Positions 1 to 12,572 of a DNA stretch of 64,000 nt are shown here, piece after piece. How positions within the stretch are numbered: position 1 is the first letter of the stretch; each line of letters begins with the position of its first letter. The DNA lies in assembly GCF_006345805.1 (NCBI RefSeq), contig NC_043013.1, forward strand, positions 19,716,001 to 19,780,000, in the 5' to 3' direction. Under the pieces are notes generated by a model. It saw only the letters and a program-made list of their open reading frames with translations, did no database searches and was not told the origin of the DNA. The position numbers and the translations under genes were made by a program. The DNA comes from Octopus sinensis. Its lineage: Eukaryota.

Positions 1-1012
1 TTTCTCTCTCTCCCTTTCTATTATTCCACACTCACACACACACACACATAGAGATACAGTCGCACCAACACACACACACGCACGCACACATATCGTATCA
101 ATTGCAGTCTAATTCCAGTGCTTCTTAAAAGTGTTTTAATATTCATATGCTGAGATATTTACACGTTGTTATAACGACGAAACCAATGCGTTGTCACCCG
201 ATACGCTAGAAATAGAAGTTAGATCTGGCTATAAACCACACCCTACAGACATAAAAATAGGCAGCTTAATGATACAATAGGAAACACAATGACACAACTA
301 TTGGAATATCAAAGAAAATGATTGATCATAAGTCTGTTATATCAGAGCCGAACTTCGCCTGACCAATAACAACATCAACAAGAATAAGAACAGCGACAGC
401 AACAACAATTGACTGGTGTTATTTTGTTATTGCTGTTGTTGTGTCTGGGGATGCAGAACAAGACACCATAATGTTGATAGGATTTGAAAGCTAAAAATAC
501 TTCTTTTGCTTCATTATTTTATTGTTTGGACCAATAACGATTTAAAATGTGAATTATTAATTCAACAGGCGCATATCTAGACTCGTAGTGTCTGCTAGAA
601 ATAGCAACAATATATCCTTTAAAATCCACCTTTACTCTCCTAAGAAACGAGACACACGATAAATACTTCCTTCAACTGACAAAATAAAGAGGGTGGTTAT
701 AAATAGAACACTTTCGATCATAAGTCAATTAGATCAAGATTGATCCCTGAATCTTAAAAAACATCAACAATAATAAGTTCAAAATGATGCAGTTTAGAAG
801 AACAGCTAGAGTACTTAAATAGTTGTGATATAGAATTCAATATTTTGAAGTTACTGACCAAAATTACTAACAATATTAAAATTTTTTAGAATAAATAAAA
901 GCACAAGAAAGACGCCTTTTAAAAACGGTAAATCGCGAAGCAAATAAGGCTATAAAAAAGTAGTGTGTAAATATTAGGTTAAAAATCAACTTTGGATTGA
1001 AAAATTGAATGA

Positions 1013-1080
1013 TTGCTCGTAGGACTCGACCTTACTCATCCTGTAGAAATCACAGGCGTTCTACCACTGGTTCAAACCCA
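1013..1080 (-). pseudogene. Degenerate tRNA-like sequence (tRNA pseudogene or old SINE head)
   Basis: AGTGGTAGAAC D-loop-like motif, CCTGT/ACAGG stem with a 7-nt loop, GTAAG-GTCGAGT-CCTAC T-arm-like hairpin. Invariant bases are broken. Confidence 0.4.
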
Positions 1081-1611
1081 CCTTTCGAGTTTCTTTATTT
1101 TCGAAAACTGATTCTTACCAGTGATGATGTAAATTTTTTAGAAATAGCGAATTTCGAGATTCACATTTTCTAAAACGAATTATTCACTGTTCTCGAAGGT
1201 TCTGGATTCTTGTGACGTCGACAATAAACGACAACAACAAAATCCCATTAATTATTTTATAATCCCACTCCACATATTAATTATTGTGATGTAATCATGT
1301 ATCTCTTATTTAAATGTTTCCTTCACAAAAAGTTACAAAAAAATTGCATATAACCATAACGAAGTGATGACGTCATCCTGAGAACATAATGATGATTGTA
1401 GTTGTAGGTGTTGTTGTTGCTGGTGCTGTTGATTTTGTTCTTGTTTATTTGCCCCGAGTCAACCCAGATCTAGGGACTGGGGAAGAGCAAACCTCTAATC
1501 AAATGCACTCGAACCATAAATAGCCCTGTCTATCAAGGACAACATTTATCTAACGTGTTGGGTATTTTAAGTGTCTGAAGTGAGGGATATTTGCGGCAGT
1601 TAATTCTAACA

Positions 1612-1796
1612 GATCTCTTTTACGTGTTTCAGCCATTTGACTACGGCCGTGCTGGAGCACCGCCTTTAATCGAGCAAATCGACCCCTTATTCTTTGTAAG
1701 CCTAGTATTTATTCTATCGTACTCTTTCGTCGAACCGCTAAGTTACGGGGACGTAACACAGACACACAAACATATACACACACATGCATACACACA

Positions 1797-1839
<43 letters not shown>

Positions 1840-2000
1840 TATATTATATATACATGTCTACTAAATCCACCCACAAGGCTTTGGTCGGCCCGAGGATATA
1901 GTAGAAGACACTTGCCCAAGTTGCCAGGCAGTGGGACCAAAACAGGAACCATGTGGTTGGTAAGCAAGCTATTTACCACACAGCCACTCCTGCGCCTCTC
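1612..2000 (-). mobile_element. tRNA-derived SINE, family B (internal TA/TG microsatellite)
   Basis: Reverse complement of GGCGCAGGAGTGGCTGTGTGGTAA...CTTGGGCAAGTGTCTTCTACTAT and of the tail ...GGCGGTGCTCCAGCA.GGCCG.AGTCAAATG. Confidence 0.85.
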
Positions 2001-2345
2001 AACCAGCTAGTCGTTTATACGTTGTCTGGAGATCTTCTTATTGGCCCCAAGCACTGCCATGCTACTCCACCCGTTGTCTGTTTCCTCCTGATATCACATA
2101 CAACTCCGCCGCCCCACATCAGGTATGACGCTCATTCATTCGGAATTGAATCCAAATGAAAATAAAAAAGCAAAATTACTGTAGTAATAAATAAATCTGT
2201 TTATAATGAACAAACAAAAAACATAACAAACAACATTATTACTTTGAACTGTCTTTGTATATTTACTTTTTATGTATCTTTTATTATATTATTTATGTGG
2301 TCCTTTTATCTTTTATCCGTATATATATATATGTGTGTGTGTGTG

Positions 2346-2386
<41 letters not shown>

Positions 2387-2443
2387 TATATATATTATAT
2401 ATATAAACATACATGCATACATATATGAATATATATATATAAA

Positions 2444-2484
2444 TCAGCCGAAATTACTACGATGATCCGGTTCTTGACTGAAGA
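2444..2484 (+). ncRNA. 3' half of the same hammerhead-like motif (copy D)
   Basis: CAGCC-GAAA-TTAC-TAC-GA-T-GATCCGG-TT-CTTGA-CTGAAGA; the 5' half is replaced by (TA)n. Confidence 0.4.
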
Positions 2485-3000
2485 CTGAGGGGTTCGAATG
2501 TCCTGTCCATGTTTATTGTATCGTCTTCTATGAGTTATACGTTCTTGTCCATGTTGTATTTTTCTACATACCTTAATATATATATATATATATAGTTTTA
2601 TATTTTACCGCCAATTCTATAATTTACTTTTATATATACTTCTATATTGACATTTAGATTTATTTTACGTTATTTTTGTATTTTCATTGGTATTTTTTGA
2701 TAGCAAGTGGCATTAATCATTTTCTGAAAATTACTAGTGTGTTGCGTGTTATTTCGCTGAAGAGATGATCAGTATGTGTAGTCCTCAGAGGACGAACAGA
2801 TACAAGCAAAAGGAGCTACTATATCCTGTATATGGTGGATGTTAGGGTACGGTTTTGTTTTCTTTTTCGTGATGCATTAATCTGTTAAATATCTTGCTCA
2901 GACTTCAAAGCGTTATAAGTATTTGCTTGTTTGTTTGCGTTTGTGCGTGTGAGCGCACACGTGTGCATGTGTGCGGTTGTATGTGTGTTTATGTGTCTCT

Positions 3001-3077
<77 letters not shown>

Positions 3078-3145
3078 TCTGTGTGGGTGAGCCTGTCTGT
3101 ATCTGTGAATGAATAATAGATACATGTATGTGTGTTTATTTCTCT

Positions 3146-3190
<45 letters not shown>

Positions 3191-4089
3191 TCTCTCTCTA
3201 TCCCTATCTATCTACACATATATGAGTGTGTGTTGTGTGTGTGTGTCAACCTGTTTGTCTGAATATCTATCGATCTACATAGATAGAGAGGTAGGCAGGT
3301 ACGCAGGTAGGTAGGCAGGCAGACAGACAGGCAGACAGACAGACAGAGAGATGTTGTAATAAGAGATATACTTCTCTAATTGATACAGAATTTTGCTTCG
3401 CTGTGAAAAGCATTCCAAAACATTTTAATTCTCAAGGTTAGAGAAAGGGTGAATTCATCCAATGATCTTCTAGTTTATGTCTTTTATTAGACAGAAACAG
3501 ACGACTATTCTCTTCACTGAGACATTAGTAGGTTGTCATTGTTTGTAATGTGTACAAACATAGACGAAATGATATCGGACATGTTAACTGGCATAACTAT
3601 GTACTGGAGACGTGGATTAATGCATTTCCTGTCAATGGATTATGCAGTGTTTTTTTTTTGTTTTGTTTTTTTTTTTTAGTTTTTGCTCGTTCTGACCAAG
3701 TTTGTAGCAAATATAAATAGTAGTAAGATTCTGATCACGCCAAGAACAGTTGATGGCTAATCTTTCACTGATGAATATTTAACAAGACTAGAAACTAAGG
3801 AGTATATTCGGTGTTGTATCCGCGCTGATATGAAACCGGTGACATAATTACTTGAAAGTTATATTGTATGTTTATTGAAAAGATCAATGTAATCTTAATA
3901 GTATGATGGACTATTAAATCATATATGAGTATGTATACACTCACACACACACACACACACACACACATATTAAGAAAAAGGAGGTGGTTCAAATTTTGGA
4001 AACTTATTTATTTAGAACTTTTATTTCATTTTCGAGAATTATCAGAAATGATAATTTAGCTGAAAATTTGGGGAGAAGAATGAAGTTTG

Positions 4090-4133
<44 letters not shown>

Positions 4134-4950
4134 TGTGTGTGTGTGTGTGTGTGTACATATGTGTATGTATGCATGTACATGTATGAATTCGTTAGTATAT
4201 ATGTGGTGAATTTTGGGAGGTTTGGTAAGAAAGCAGAAAAGAAATAAGAGAGAAAGACAGGACGACACCAAATTTACAGGAAATAATGAGAGAACGATTC
4301 AACACAGTTTCTGACGATACAAGATGTTAATCTTGTTTTATTTTTTTTTGTTCTTACTATTTTTCGCTGTGCATGCATGTGTGTACGTACGTGTGTGCAT
4401 GGTGAATGTTTGGAGGCTTGGTTAGAAAAGGAAAAAGGAACCGGTCAGGAAGAAAAAGAGGAAGAACGAAAACCATGAAGATAGAAAGAAGGAGAGGAAA
4501 CGAAGAAAGACAGATAGAAAGGAAGGAAGGAAGGAAGGGAGAGAAAAGAAAGAAAAATAAAGAAAGAAAATATAGAAAGAGAGAAACAGTTCTTTTCTCT
4601 AGGTTGATGGAAATTGTATTATCTTCTTATGGTCATTTACTGCGCAGCTGTTGAATTCCATATCAATTCAAGATGTGAATAAATTTCAGTCATTGCTTTA
4701 AAACCATGTCTCACTTTCTCTCTCTTTCTCATTCATATCAAAATGTATGTACATATATGTACTCATATATTCGCACACACTCACACATAATGTATACAAC
4801 ATATAATGCTTTACATATACATATACACACATAGACACATCCATCCACCCAACATGTATATATATATATATATATGTACTATATATACACATTATAGATG
4901 TATATATATTCATACTTATGTATGCATGTATATATATATACATATATATA

Positions 4951-4999
<49 letters not shown>

Positions 5000-5304
5000 A
5001 CACACACACACATATATATATTTACACATACATAGATAGACACACATAGATATATGTATATATATATATGTGTGTGTATATGTATGTGTGTGTGTGTGTG
5101 CGTGTGTGTGTATACATATCGAAATGTTTTGAATGTTAATTAAGGAGAATTGAAAAAATGATTCATAAGAGATTTAAGCATGTATTGATGCAGTCACGAT
5201 TATAAAATATGAAAGAAATCAAAAAGATCCAAACCGGATTTAAAATGTAAATATTCACTCCCTGAAAAGTTTGTTCATCTCACTCCACAATTATATGTTT
5301 CGAA

Positions 5305-5496
5305 GGCGGCGAGTTGGCGGAAACGTTAGCAAGCCGGGCGAAATGCTTAGCGGTATTTCGTCTGTCTTTACGTCCTGAGTTCAAATTCCGCCGAGGTCGA
5401 CTTTGTCTATCACCCTTTCGCGGTCGATAAATTCAGTAATGGGGTCGATTTAATCGACTGACCACCTCCCCCAAAATTTCGGGCCTTGTGCCTAGA
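5305..5496 (+). mobile_element. tRNA-derived SINE, family A
   Basis: A-box-like TGGCGGAAACGTTAGC, B-box GAGTTCAAATTCC, body GAGGTCGACTTTG...GGGGTCGATTTAATCGAC. Confidence 0.85.
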
Positions 5497-5939
5497 TTAT
5501 TTACATTATTTTCATTTGACGGATATTTGTCCGTATACCCTCCAGCCGTCATCAGGTCTCCCGGGGAAATATCAGCCGAAACGTTGTTGTTAACAACAAA
5601 CAAGATGAGGACTAATATCGGTCAAATGTAAATGATGTAAATAAGTTACATAATTCCTCATCGCTTAAATATAGAACTGTATTCTGCCTAGAGTAGAAAA
5701 AAAGAATTATATACTTCGATAGAGTCAAAAGTGAGTATTCAAGTACTCGCGTTTGATTTTCTCAGTTTTAAACAATGTGTAACTCCGATGATATGTTTGC
5801 AAAAGTTAGCTTGGTAAGTAAGTACTTGTATGAGTTAACTATGTAGCGCAAAGTCCATAACGTGTTCAATTTCAATAAGAGACCACGTATATTATCTTTA
5901 CTATAAATATGGCACAATTTTCAGAATTATTTACGTGGT

Positions 5940-6740
5940 TATTTTATGTTTATTTTCGATATTGTTTTTGTTTTTTTTTATGAAATGTGGTTCTATTGCC
6001 TTTCAGTACTTAGTGTCGTCCCCTGAGCATTTCTGGAAAGAAAAGCTCTTGAATTTGCTGTCTATACATATTTCCAGATTCTTAGCGGAATCTTGCGTAA
6101 TTATTTGTGTAATTTTTCTCGCTGGCAAAAAGAATTTTTGGTTTCGCCAATATAATTTTCCCTGCATTTTCTGTAGGTTTTGCTGTGTGCGAGATTCTGT
6201 GTCTTGCGGTTCATATCTGCATTTACTTTAAAAGAGAATCTACTTTTAAATATTATTTGGCAACCAATATCTTAATATTTGAAGTTGTTGCTACATGTTC
6301 CACACCTATTATCTCCACAGTCCTTCTCGGAGAACTTTGAATTATCCGCTGATGTGAATTTTGCCCTCATGGGAAGTTTTTAAAGATATTTTGGTTGATG
6401 TTTACTATTTCATATAAGATTTTCATCAAACATTTTGGAGCTTTGTAAGAGTATTAGAGGGCTTGTTTTTATAATGTGGAAAACGTTGGTTACTCCCAGA
6501 TTATGTGTATTGTGAAATGGTATTTACATTAATTTTTTTTCTTGGGTCTTCTCAATTGTATGATATCCAGATCCATCGAATTTATAATTCCATCATTTAT
6601 TAATTTCAAGGATTAATTTTTCTTTTTGTTCAGAAAGTCTTTGAGTTCATTGAATCGAATTTGATGTATTTTTGGATTACTATTGCACACATACATCTTT
6701 CCATACTGTATGAAATGTTTCTTTTGATGTGTGAACGATG
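5940..6740 (-). mobile_element. Penelope-like retroelement remnant (RT thumb/linker plus GIY-YIG endonuclease)
   Basis: Manual minus-strand translation across stops and frameshifts: NISYSMERCMCAIV, IRFNELKDFL, IPFHNTHN, SKHQPKYL*KLPMRAKF, CGDNRCGTC, KCRENYIGET. Confidence 0.75.
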
Positions 6741-6910
6741 ACAAGATTAGAAGTTCAAGTGTCTGTTTTATTTTAATTTAATTTATTTTTTAAAAATATA
6801 ACTGTTTATAAAGATATAATTGGCGAATGATTGGCCTCGTTTGTATATGTGGGAATGCATGTATAAGTATGTATATGTATATATATTCACGTATATTTAC
6901 TAATACGATG

Positions 6911-6970
6911 AATCTCACTGATGATGGCTAAGTATTCATTACGGAGCCTGAGATAGTTTTATATGTGATT
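6911..6970 (+). ncRNA. Decayed type I hammerhead beside the Penelope remnant
   Basis: AATCTCA-CTGATGA-T-GGCT...AGCC-TGAGA-TA..TAT-A-TGTGATT. Confidence 0.4.
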
Positions 6971-7176
6971 ATCTGTTTATCCATTAAAGGTAGGGTAAAT
7001 ACAGTTTGCACATTTCTTCATATTCACCCGTGCAAAATAGCGAAATTGGTCGTTTAGAGTCATTTTGATCTCTCTTTCTAGCATGATGGTACATTTTCCA
7101 AATACCCTTCATTATGATTATATATTTTTAAATATATTTATAAATCTATCTATCTATCTATCTGTCTATATATATA

Positions 7177-7213
<37 letters not shown>

Positions 7214-7450
7214 TGCAAAGATCCTGGTTGGAATGCCAATTCTAAAGGCCAGACTAGAGGCCCAACATTCTGAGTTTTTTGTAAGGGTTTGAAAAGCTGA
7301 AGGACCGCTGCAATAAGTGTATGAATCTGAGAGGAAAATATATTGAATAAAATCATAGTTAATTCTTCTTCCTTTATTTTCTTTTACCCAAACATAAGAA
7401 CATTTCAGCACCTCACCTCGTTTGTATATATATATACATATAGATATATA

Positions 7451-7863
7451 TTTCTTTATTGCCCGCAAGAGGCTAAACATAGAGGGGAAAAAGAAGGACA
7501 GTGAAAGGGACTAAGTCGATTACATCGACCCCAGTGCGAAACTGGTACTTTATTTATCGACCCCGAAAGGATGGAAGGCAAATTAGACCTCGGCGGAATT
7601 CGAACTCAGAACGTAACGACAGACGAAATACCCATTTCTTTATTACCCACAAGGGGCTAAACATAGAAGGGACAAACAAGGACAGACATAGGTATTAAGT
7701 CGATTACATCGACCCCAGTGCGTAACTGATACTTAATTTATCGACTCCGAAACGATGAAAGGTAAAGTCGACCTCGGCGGAATTTGAACTCACAACGTAA
7801 CGGCAGACGAAATACCGCTAAGCATTTCGCCCGACGCGCTAACGTTTCTGCCAGCTCGCCGCC
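7451..7863 (-). mobile_element. SINE family A with one tandem headless repeat
   Basis: Reverse complement of the family A head at 7863, with the body repeated after the junction AAAGAAATGGGTATTTCGTCT. Confidence 0.85.
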
Positions 7864-8644
7864 CTAATATACATATAGATATAGATATATACATAAATGT
7901 ATACACATATATATGTGTGTACGTGGTGCGCGCATGAGTGTGTGTGTGTGTGCGTGTGCGTGTGAATGAATGCACCCCAGGATATAGACAAACAACTCAT
8001 TCACGCAACTCACACAACACTCACCATTTCAATTTGAGAATAATGATTCGAAGATATCAAGGTTTTATGAATGCATATAAAATGCCACACGTCTTCTCAG
8101 CTCGTATATTTGCTGGTTGTTTTTTCTTGCTCAACTTATTTTTATTTATTTTTTATTTGCTGATTAATCGACATAATCTAACTACAACAGTAACAGCAAG
8201 AACATTAAAAAATGATAATAGCTATAAAATTTATTTATATATAAAAAGAATGTAAAGAAGAAAGACGGTAAGAGAAAGAGCTCGAAGAATATAGGAGACG
8301 TAGAAAATGTCATGTATATTGAAATATTATTGCCTTTCCTGTGAAATAAAAAAAGAAGAAAAAAATGAGTAAATTATAATAAAATTATCAGAAATACATA
8401 AAGAAAATAAACTATTTTGCCACAATATTTACTCTGTTTTCTATTTAATGTCTTTTTCTTCTGTGTTGATAAAATTGTAAAACTCTTACTGTTTCCGTTC
8501 TTTTCAAGACATTTTCTCTAAACTAATATTCCAATGGATTTTGATTCTCATATAGACGCGTCACGTGTGGTTGAGTGCCTGTATGAAAGGATATGTATGT
8601 ATGATATAGACACTTCTGTATGTATATATGTATATATTTACATA

Positions 8645-8675
<31 letters not shown>

Positions 8676-8677
8676 GT

Positions 8678-8780
8678 GGAGGCGCAATGGCTCAGTGGTT
8701 AGAGCAGCGGACTCGCGGTCGGACGATCGCGGTTTCATTCCCAGACCGGGCGTGGTGTGTGTTTACTTCCACAGCAGCTT
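8678..8780 (+). mobile_element. tRNA-derived SINE head, family C1
   Basis: GGAGGCGCAATGGCTCAGTGGTTAGAGC...GGTTTCATTCCCAGACCGGGCG. Confidence 0.75.
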
Positions 8781-8894
8781 AATTTAATTCGACCTTAGTG
8801 GAAAGACACCTGTTGTTAGGTCCTGTTTATTGCATTTGTATTTGTGTAACATTTCTCTGTTTTTTCCGTCCTTGATTTCGTATACATTTGCTGG

Positions 8895-8985
8895 TTTCTT
8901 CCTTGGAGCTGGCCAGATTGGAACAATCTCGGGTATACCCAGTCGAAATTTCAAAGATAATCTGGAACTCGACTGAGGATAGAAA
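8895..8985 (+). ncRNA. Candidate pseudoknotted hammerhead-like ribozyme (copy C)
   Basis: Stem I TCGGGT/ACTCGA adjoining CTGAGGA, AUC site, P2 CCAGATT/AATCTGG, GA/GA internal loop; stem III is partly decayed. Confidence 0.5.
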
Positions 8986-9080
8986 ACTCTGAATGACCTG
9001 TCCTTGTTTTCTTCGTATCGTCTGTTTGGCTGTTTTGCCTTCTCGTCACATGTTTGTATTTATATACATATACATATACG

Positions 9081-9113
<33 letters not shown>

Positions 9114-9127
9114 GCATACATACATAT

Positions 9128-9184
<57 letters not shown>

Positions 9185-9487
9185 ATATATACAGTGGTGT
9201 ATAATAAAGATATCATTAATAAATAATTATAACATAGGTGGCTAGTTAGCAACAAAAGCCAAACATATAAACAAGGGTACTAGATAGCACCAGTTTCGCT
9301 AGATATAGGGGTGGAAAGCGACCCAATTAGCCACAGGTTCTGAAACTTAAGAACCTGCCGAAATCGCCTGAATGAGAAAAAACAGACAACATACCAAAGC
9401 GAGGGATAATCGCATAGGAAATTGTAGATATATCTGCAGTTATATTTTCAGGTATATATGCGATTGTCCCTCACTTTGGTATGTTGG

Positions 9488-9553
<66 letters not shown>

Positions 9554-9825
9554 ATATATATATATATATATATATATATAATCAAAATAAGCAACAATGA
9601 TATCCAAGGTAGTTTAGTACAATCGTTTCATGCTACTTCATTTTATTAAGCAATGTAGCATAAAACGATTGTACTACGCTACCTTGGATATCCTTGTTGC
9701 TTATTTTGATTATAATCACGCCATTTGATTTATATGGAAAATACCATACAAAATTCTGGTGCCTTTAACTTAAGTACCATATTCATCTGAATCTAAATTT
9801 TGCTGAGCCTATATATATATATATA

Positions 9826-10088
9826 TGCTCGTGAAACTAACATCTAAGTGTCTGAGCACTCCCCAAACACGTATACCCTTAACTTAGTTCTTGAGGATAT
9901 TCAGCGTGACACAGTGTGGCAAGGCTGGCCCCTTGAAATACAGGTACAACTCATTTTTGCCAGCTGAGTGGACTGGAGTAACGTGAAATAAAGTATCTTG
10001 CTCAAGGACACAACGCGCCGCCGGGAATTGAACTCACGACCTTACGATCATGAGCCGAATGCCCCTAAGCACTAAGACACGTGCCTTC
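9826..10088 (-). mobile_element. tRNA-derived SINE, family C2
   Basis: B-box GAGTTCAATTCCC and central TGTCCTTGAGCAAG..ACTTTATTTCACGTT.CTCCAGTCCACTCAGCTG domain. Confidence 0.75.
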
Positions 10089-10134
10089 ATATATATATAT
10101 ATATATGCATACCTTAAATATATATGTATGCATC

Positions 10135-10362
10135 GGCGGCGAGTTAGCAAAAACGTTAGCACACCGGGCGAAATGCGTAGCCGTGTTTCGTCTGCCGTTA
10201 CGTTCTGAGTTCAAATTCCACCGAGGTCGATTGTACCTTTCATCCTTTCGGGTTCGATAAATTAAGTACCAATTACGCACTGGGGTCGATGTAATCGACT
10301 TAATCCGTTTGTCTGTCTCTGTGTGTCCCCTCTGTGTTTAGCCCTTTGTTTGCAATAAAGAA
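10135..10362 (+). mobile_element. SINE family A, full length
   Basis: Same head, body and tail as 13941-14169. Confidence 0.85.
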
Positions 10363-11196
10363 ATATATATATGCATGCCTGTTTGAACATTGAATTGTGT
10401 TCGATGATTGAGAGGGAAGTTGTACGATGTATTTCATTTCATTATGAATTTGCTGATTGGCCTTTAAGGTTCTGTCTCTTTATTGCATATGTTTTTTTAT
10501 GAGGAAGTGTGTTTTAATATACTTGGGGACTATGGTAGCTTAGAGCTGGATATTTGTTCAGGCTGTGGCTGTTCCAATATAAAAACAAACACAAGATATT
10601 TATTTTTGTCGTTTCAAAAACTGCTTGTCGAAAGATTTAAGCTGAACGACATGAGTAAGACTATGAAGAGAAAGCGGTGAGAAAATGTAATCATCTTGTG
10701 TGAGGTGATGTTTTAACGCGAACCCAGGTGGCATAGCTACCAATAGACGAAGAATACTTCTGCTCAGCTCGTTTTTCTCAGCAATTTATATTTCCCGCAC
10801 ATGTCAATTTACGACCATAACTTGGTACGGAACTGTATGGAATTTCCTAAAAGAGGGCATGTTCACTTCATATGAAATGACGCTACCAAATATAACATTT
10901 GATATGTTGTGGTTTTTAACCTGTTACGAAACTAGCACAAATTCGAGCGTTAAGTATCGCTACATACTTATATATTCTTGATCTAATATTCAGGTTAAAG
11001 ATAATATTTTATTTGGCTTATTTCGATGTATGATTATTGGAAGTGTCTTCCTATATGCTGTAAGAGGACTTTTCAAGATGTTTGCGGATGAATTTAGCCG
11101 TGAAACTAATTAAGTATGGTTCTGTTGTAACAAATGATCAATTCCGAGATGTTGTGTAGCATTTAGTAAATGTTTCAGTTTCAATACATATATAAG

Positions 11197-11256
11197 CTCT
11201 ACTGACGAAGAATGTATCCTTTATAGGATTAATTCCGGAATTGATTCAATATAGAG
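11197..11256 (+). ncRNA. Type I hammerhead ribozyme with two core mutations
   Basis: CTCTA-CTGACGA-AGAAT...ATTCC-GGAA-TTG(ATT)CAAT-A-TAGAG; G10.1>A and A13>G relative to consensus. Confidence 0.55.
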
Positions 11257-12572
11257 ATAACGAAATTAAAATTTTCTAAAGGTTAGTTGCCCGATTTTCA
11301 GTTCAATTTTTCCTGTGGCAAGTGGATTATAAGTGGATAATCAGTACATTGGCTTTAGAAATATCTTCTTTAGCCCTTTCTTATAAGATGTTATATATAT
11401 ATATATATATACGTATATTCATGTGTCATTTGAATTGCAGATTTTCAGGTGTACGTGTGAGCGTAGTTGTGTGTGAGTTTGTGTATGTGGTGTTGGGATT
11501 AAGATGTCTATTTAGTTAATTGTATCTGTATTTCAAAATGTACAAGCTAGCCACACAAGCACACATTCACATAAATACATACATACATGCATACACATAC
11601 ACACACCCACACACACATACATACATACATATACTATTTATTAAAGCCGAAAATATTCTTCACAAGCTATTACTCAGTCTTTCACGCCACTGTTCATCAG
11701 ATAACTGTGATAAAACCATATAAAAAATTGTGTGGGTACATTTAATATAGTATAATATAATATAATATAATATAATATAATGTAGTCATTACAGTTAAAC
11801 GAATAAGCAACTGAATTTAATTGGGTGACTGACTCTTAAAAAATAACAGCGTGGGCCGCCAGAGGGGGTTAACCTTAACGGTAGAATAAACAATAATTAC
11901 TATTTAAATAGAAAGCAATTTTGTATAAAAGCGAGTAAAAATGAACAGAGTATATCCAGAAATAGAAATTGCAAATAATTAAAAGGAATAATAGGATTGC
12001 AAAATTAGGTATTTAAAAGTTGAGATTATAATAAAAGATTAGAATAAAAGGTGTAGATGGAAAATTAAAATAAGAACCAAGCATCTAAATGATATATAAC
12101 GCCGTAAACTAAAGTAAATGAAAGAAAATGAGAGCAATACTAGAGAGAGAAGCGAAATAAAAAGCTAAAGGACTAAGAAAGTGGAGGAAAAAGAAGAAAT
12201 AAAGCAAAGTCAGGGAGACAAAGAGAAAGTGAGGAATAGGAGATTGTACCTGCAAAGTTAGACAAAAGCCATGAAAACCTAGGTTATTCGAAGAAAGAGC
12301 AAACGAAACTATTTGCGGTACAGAGAAGAATTTATAAGACACTCCAAAGATGCTACATCTGAGATTCTTTGAATGGATGGAAATACACACCCAAGTGCGT
12401 TCAACGAGAGCTCAACCAACGCACAAACTCCATTATACATTTACAAACACTAGGAACTCTCTTAACGCAAAAAAAGTCTTGTTTGGTTAGTGACCGGTTT
12501 AAACTCTCTTACGGTAAGTAGGCAAACAGGTAAGTAGGTATGTGGATAGGTATGTAGGTATGAAGGTATGAA

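Noticed and set aside
4311-4345. CTGACGA followed by an ACAAGAT/ATCTTGT hairpin
   Set aside because: No GAAA, stem III or stem I.
8973-9005. Alternative conventional fold CTGAGGA-N11-GAAT downstream in copies B, C and D
   Set aside because: GAAT instead of GAAA, inconsistent stem II pairing between copies, and no stem I or III.
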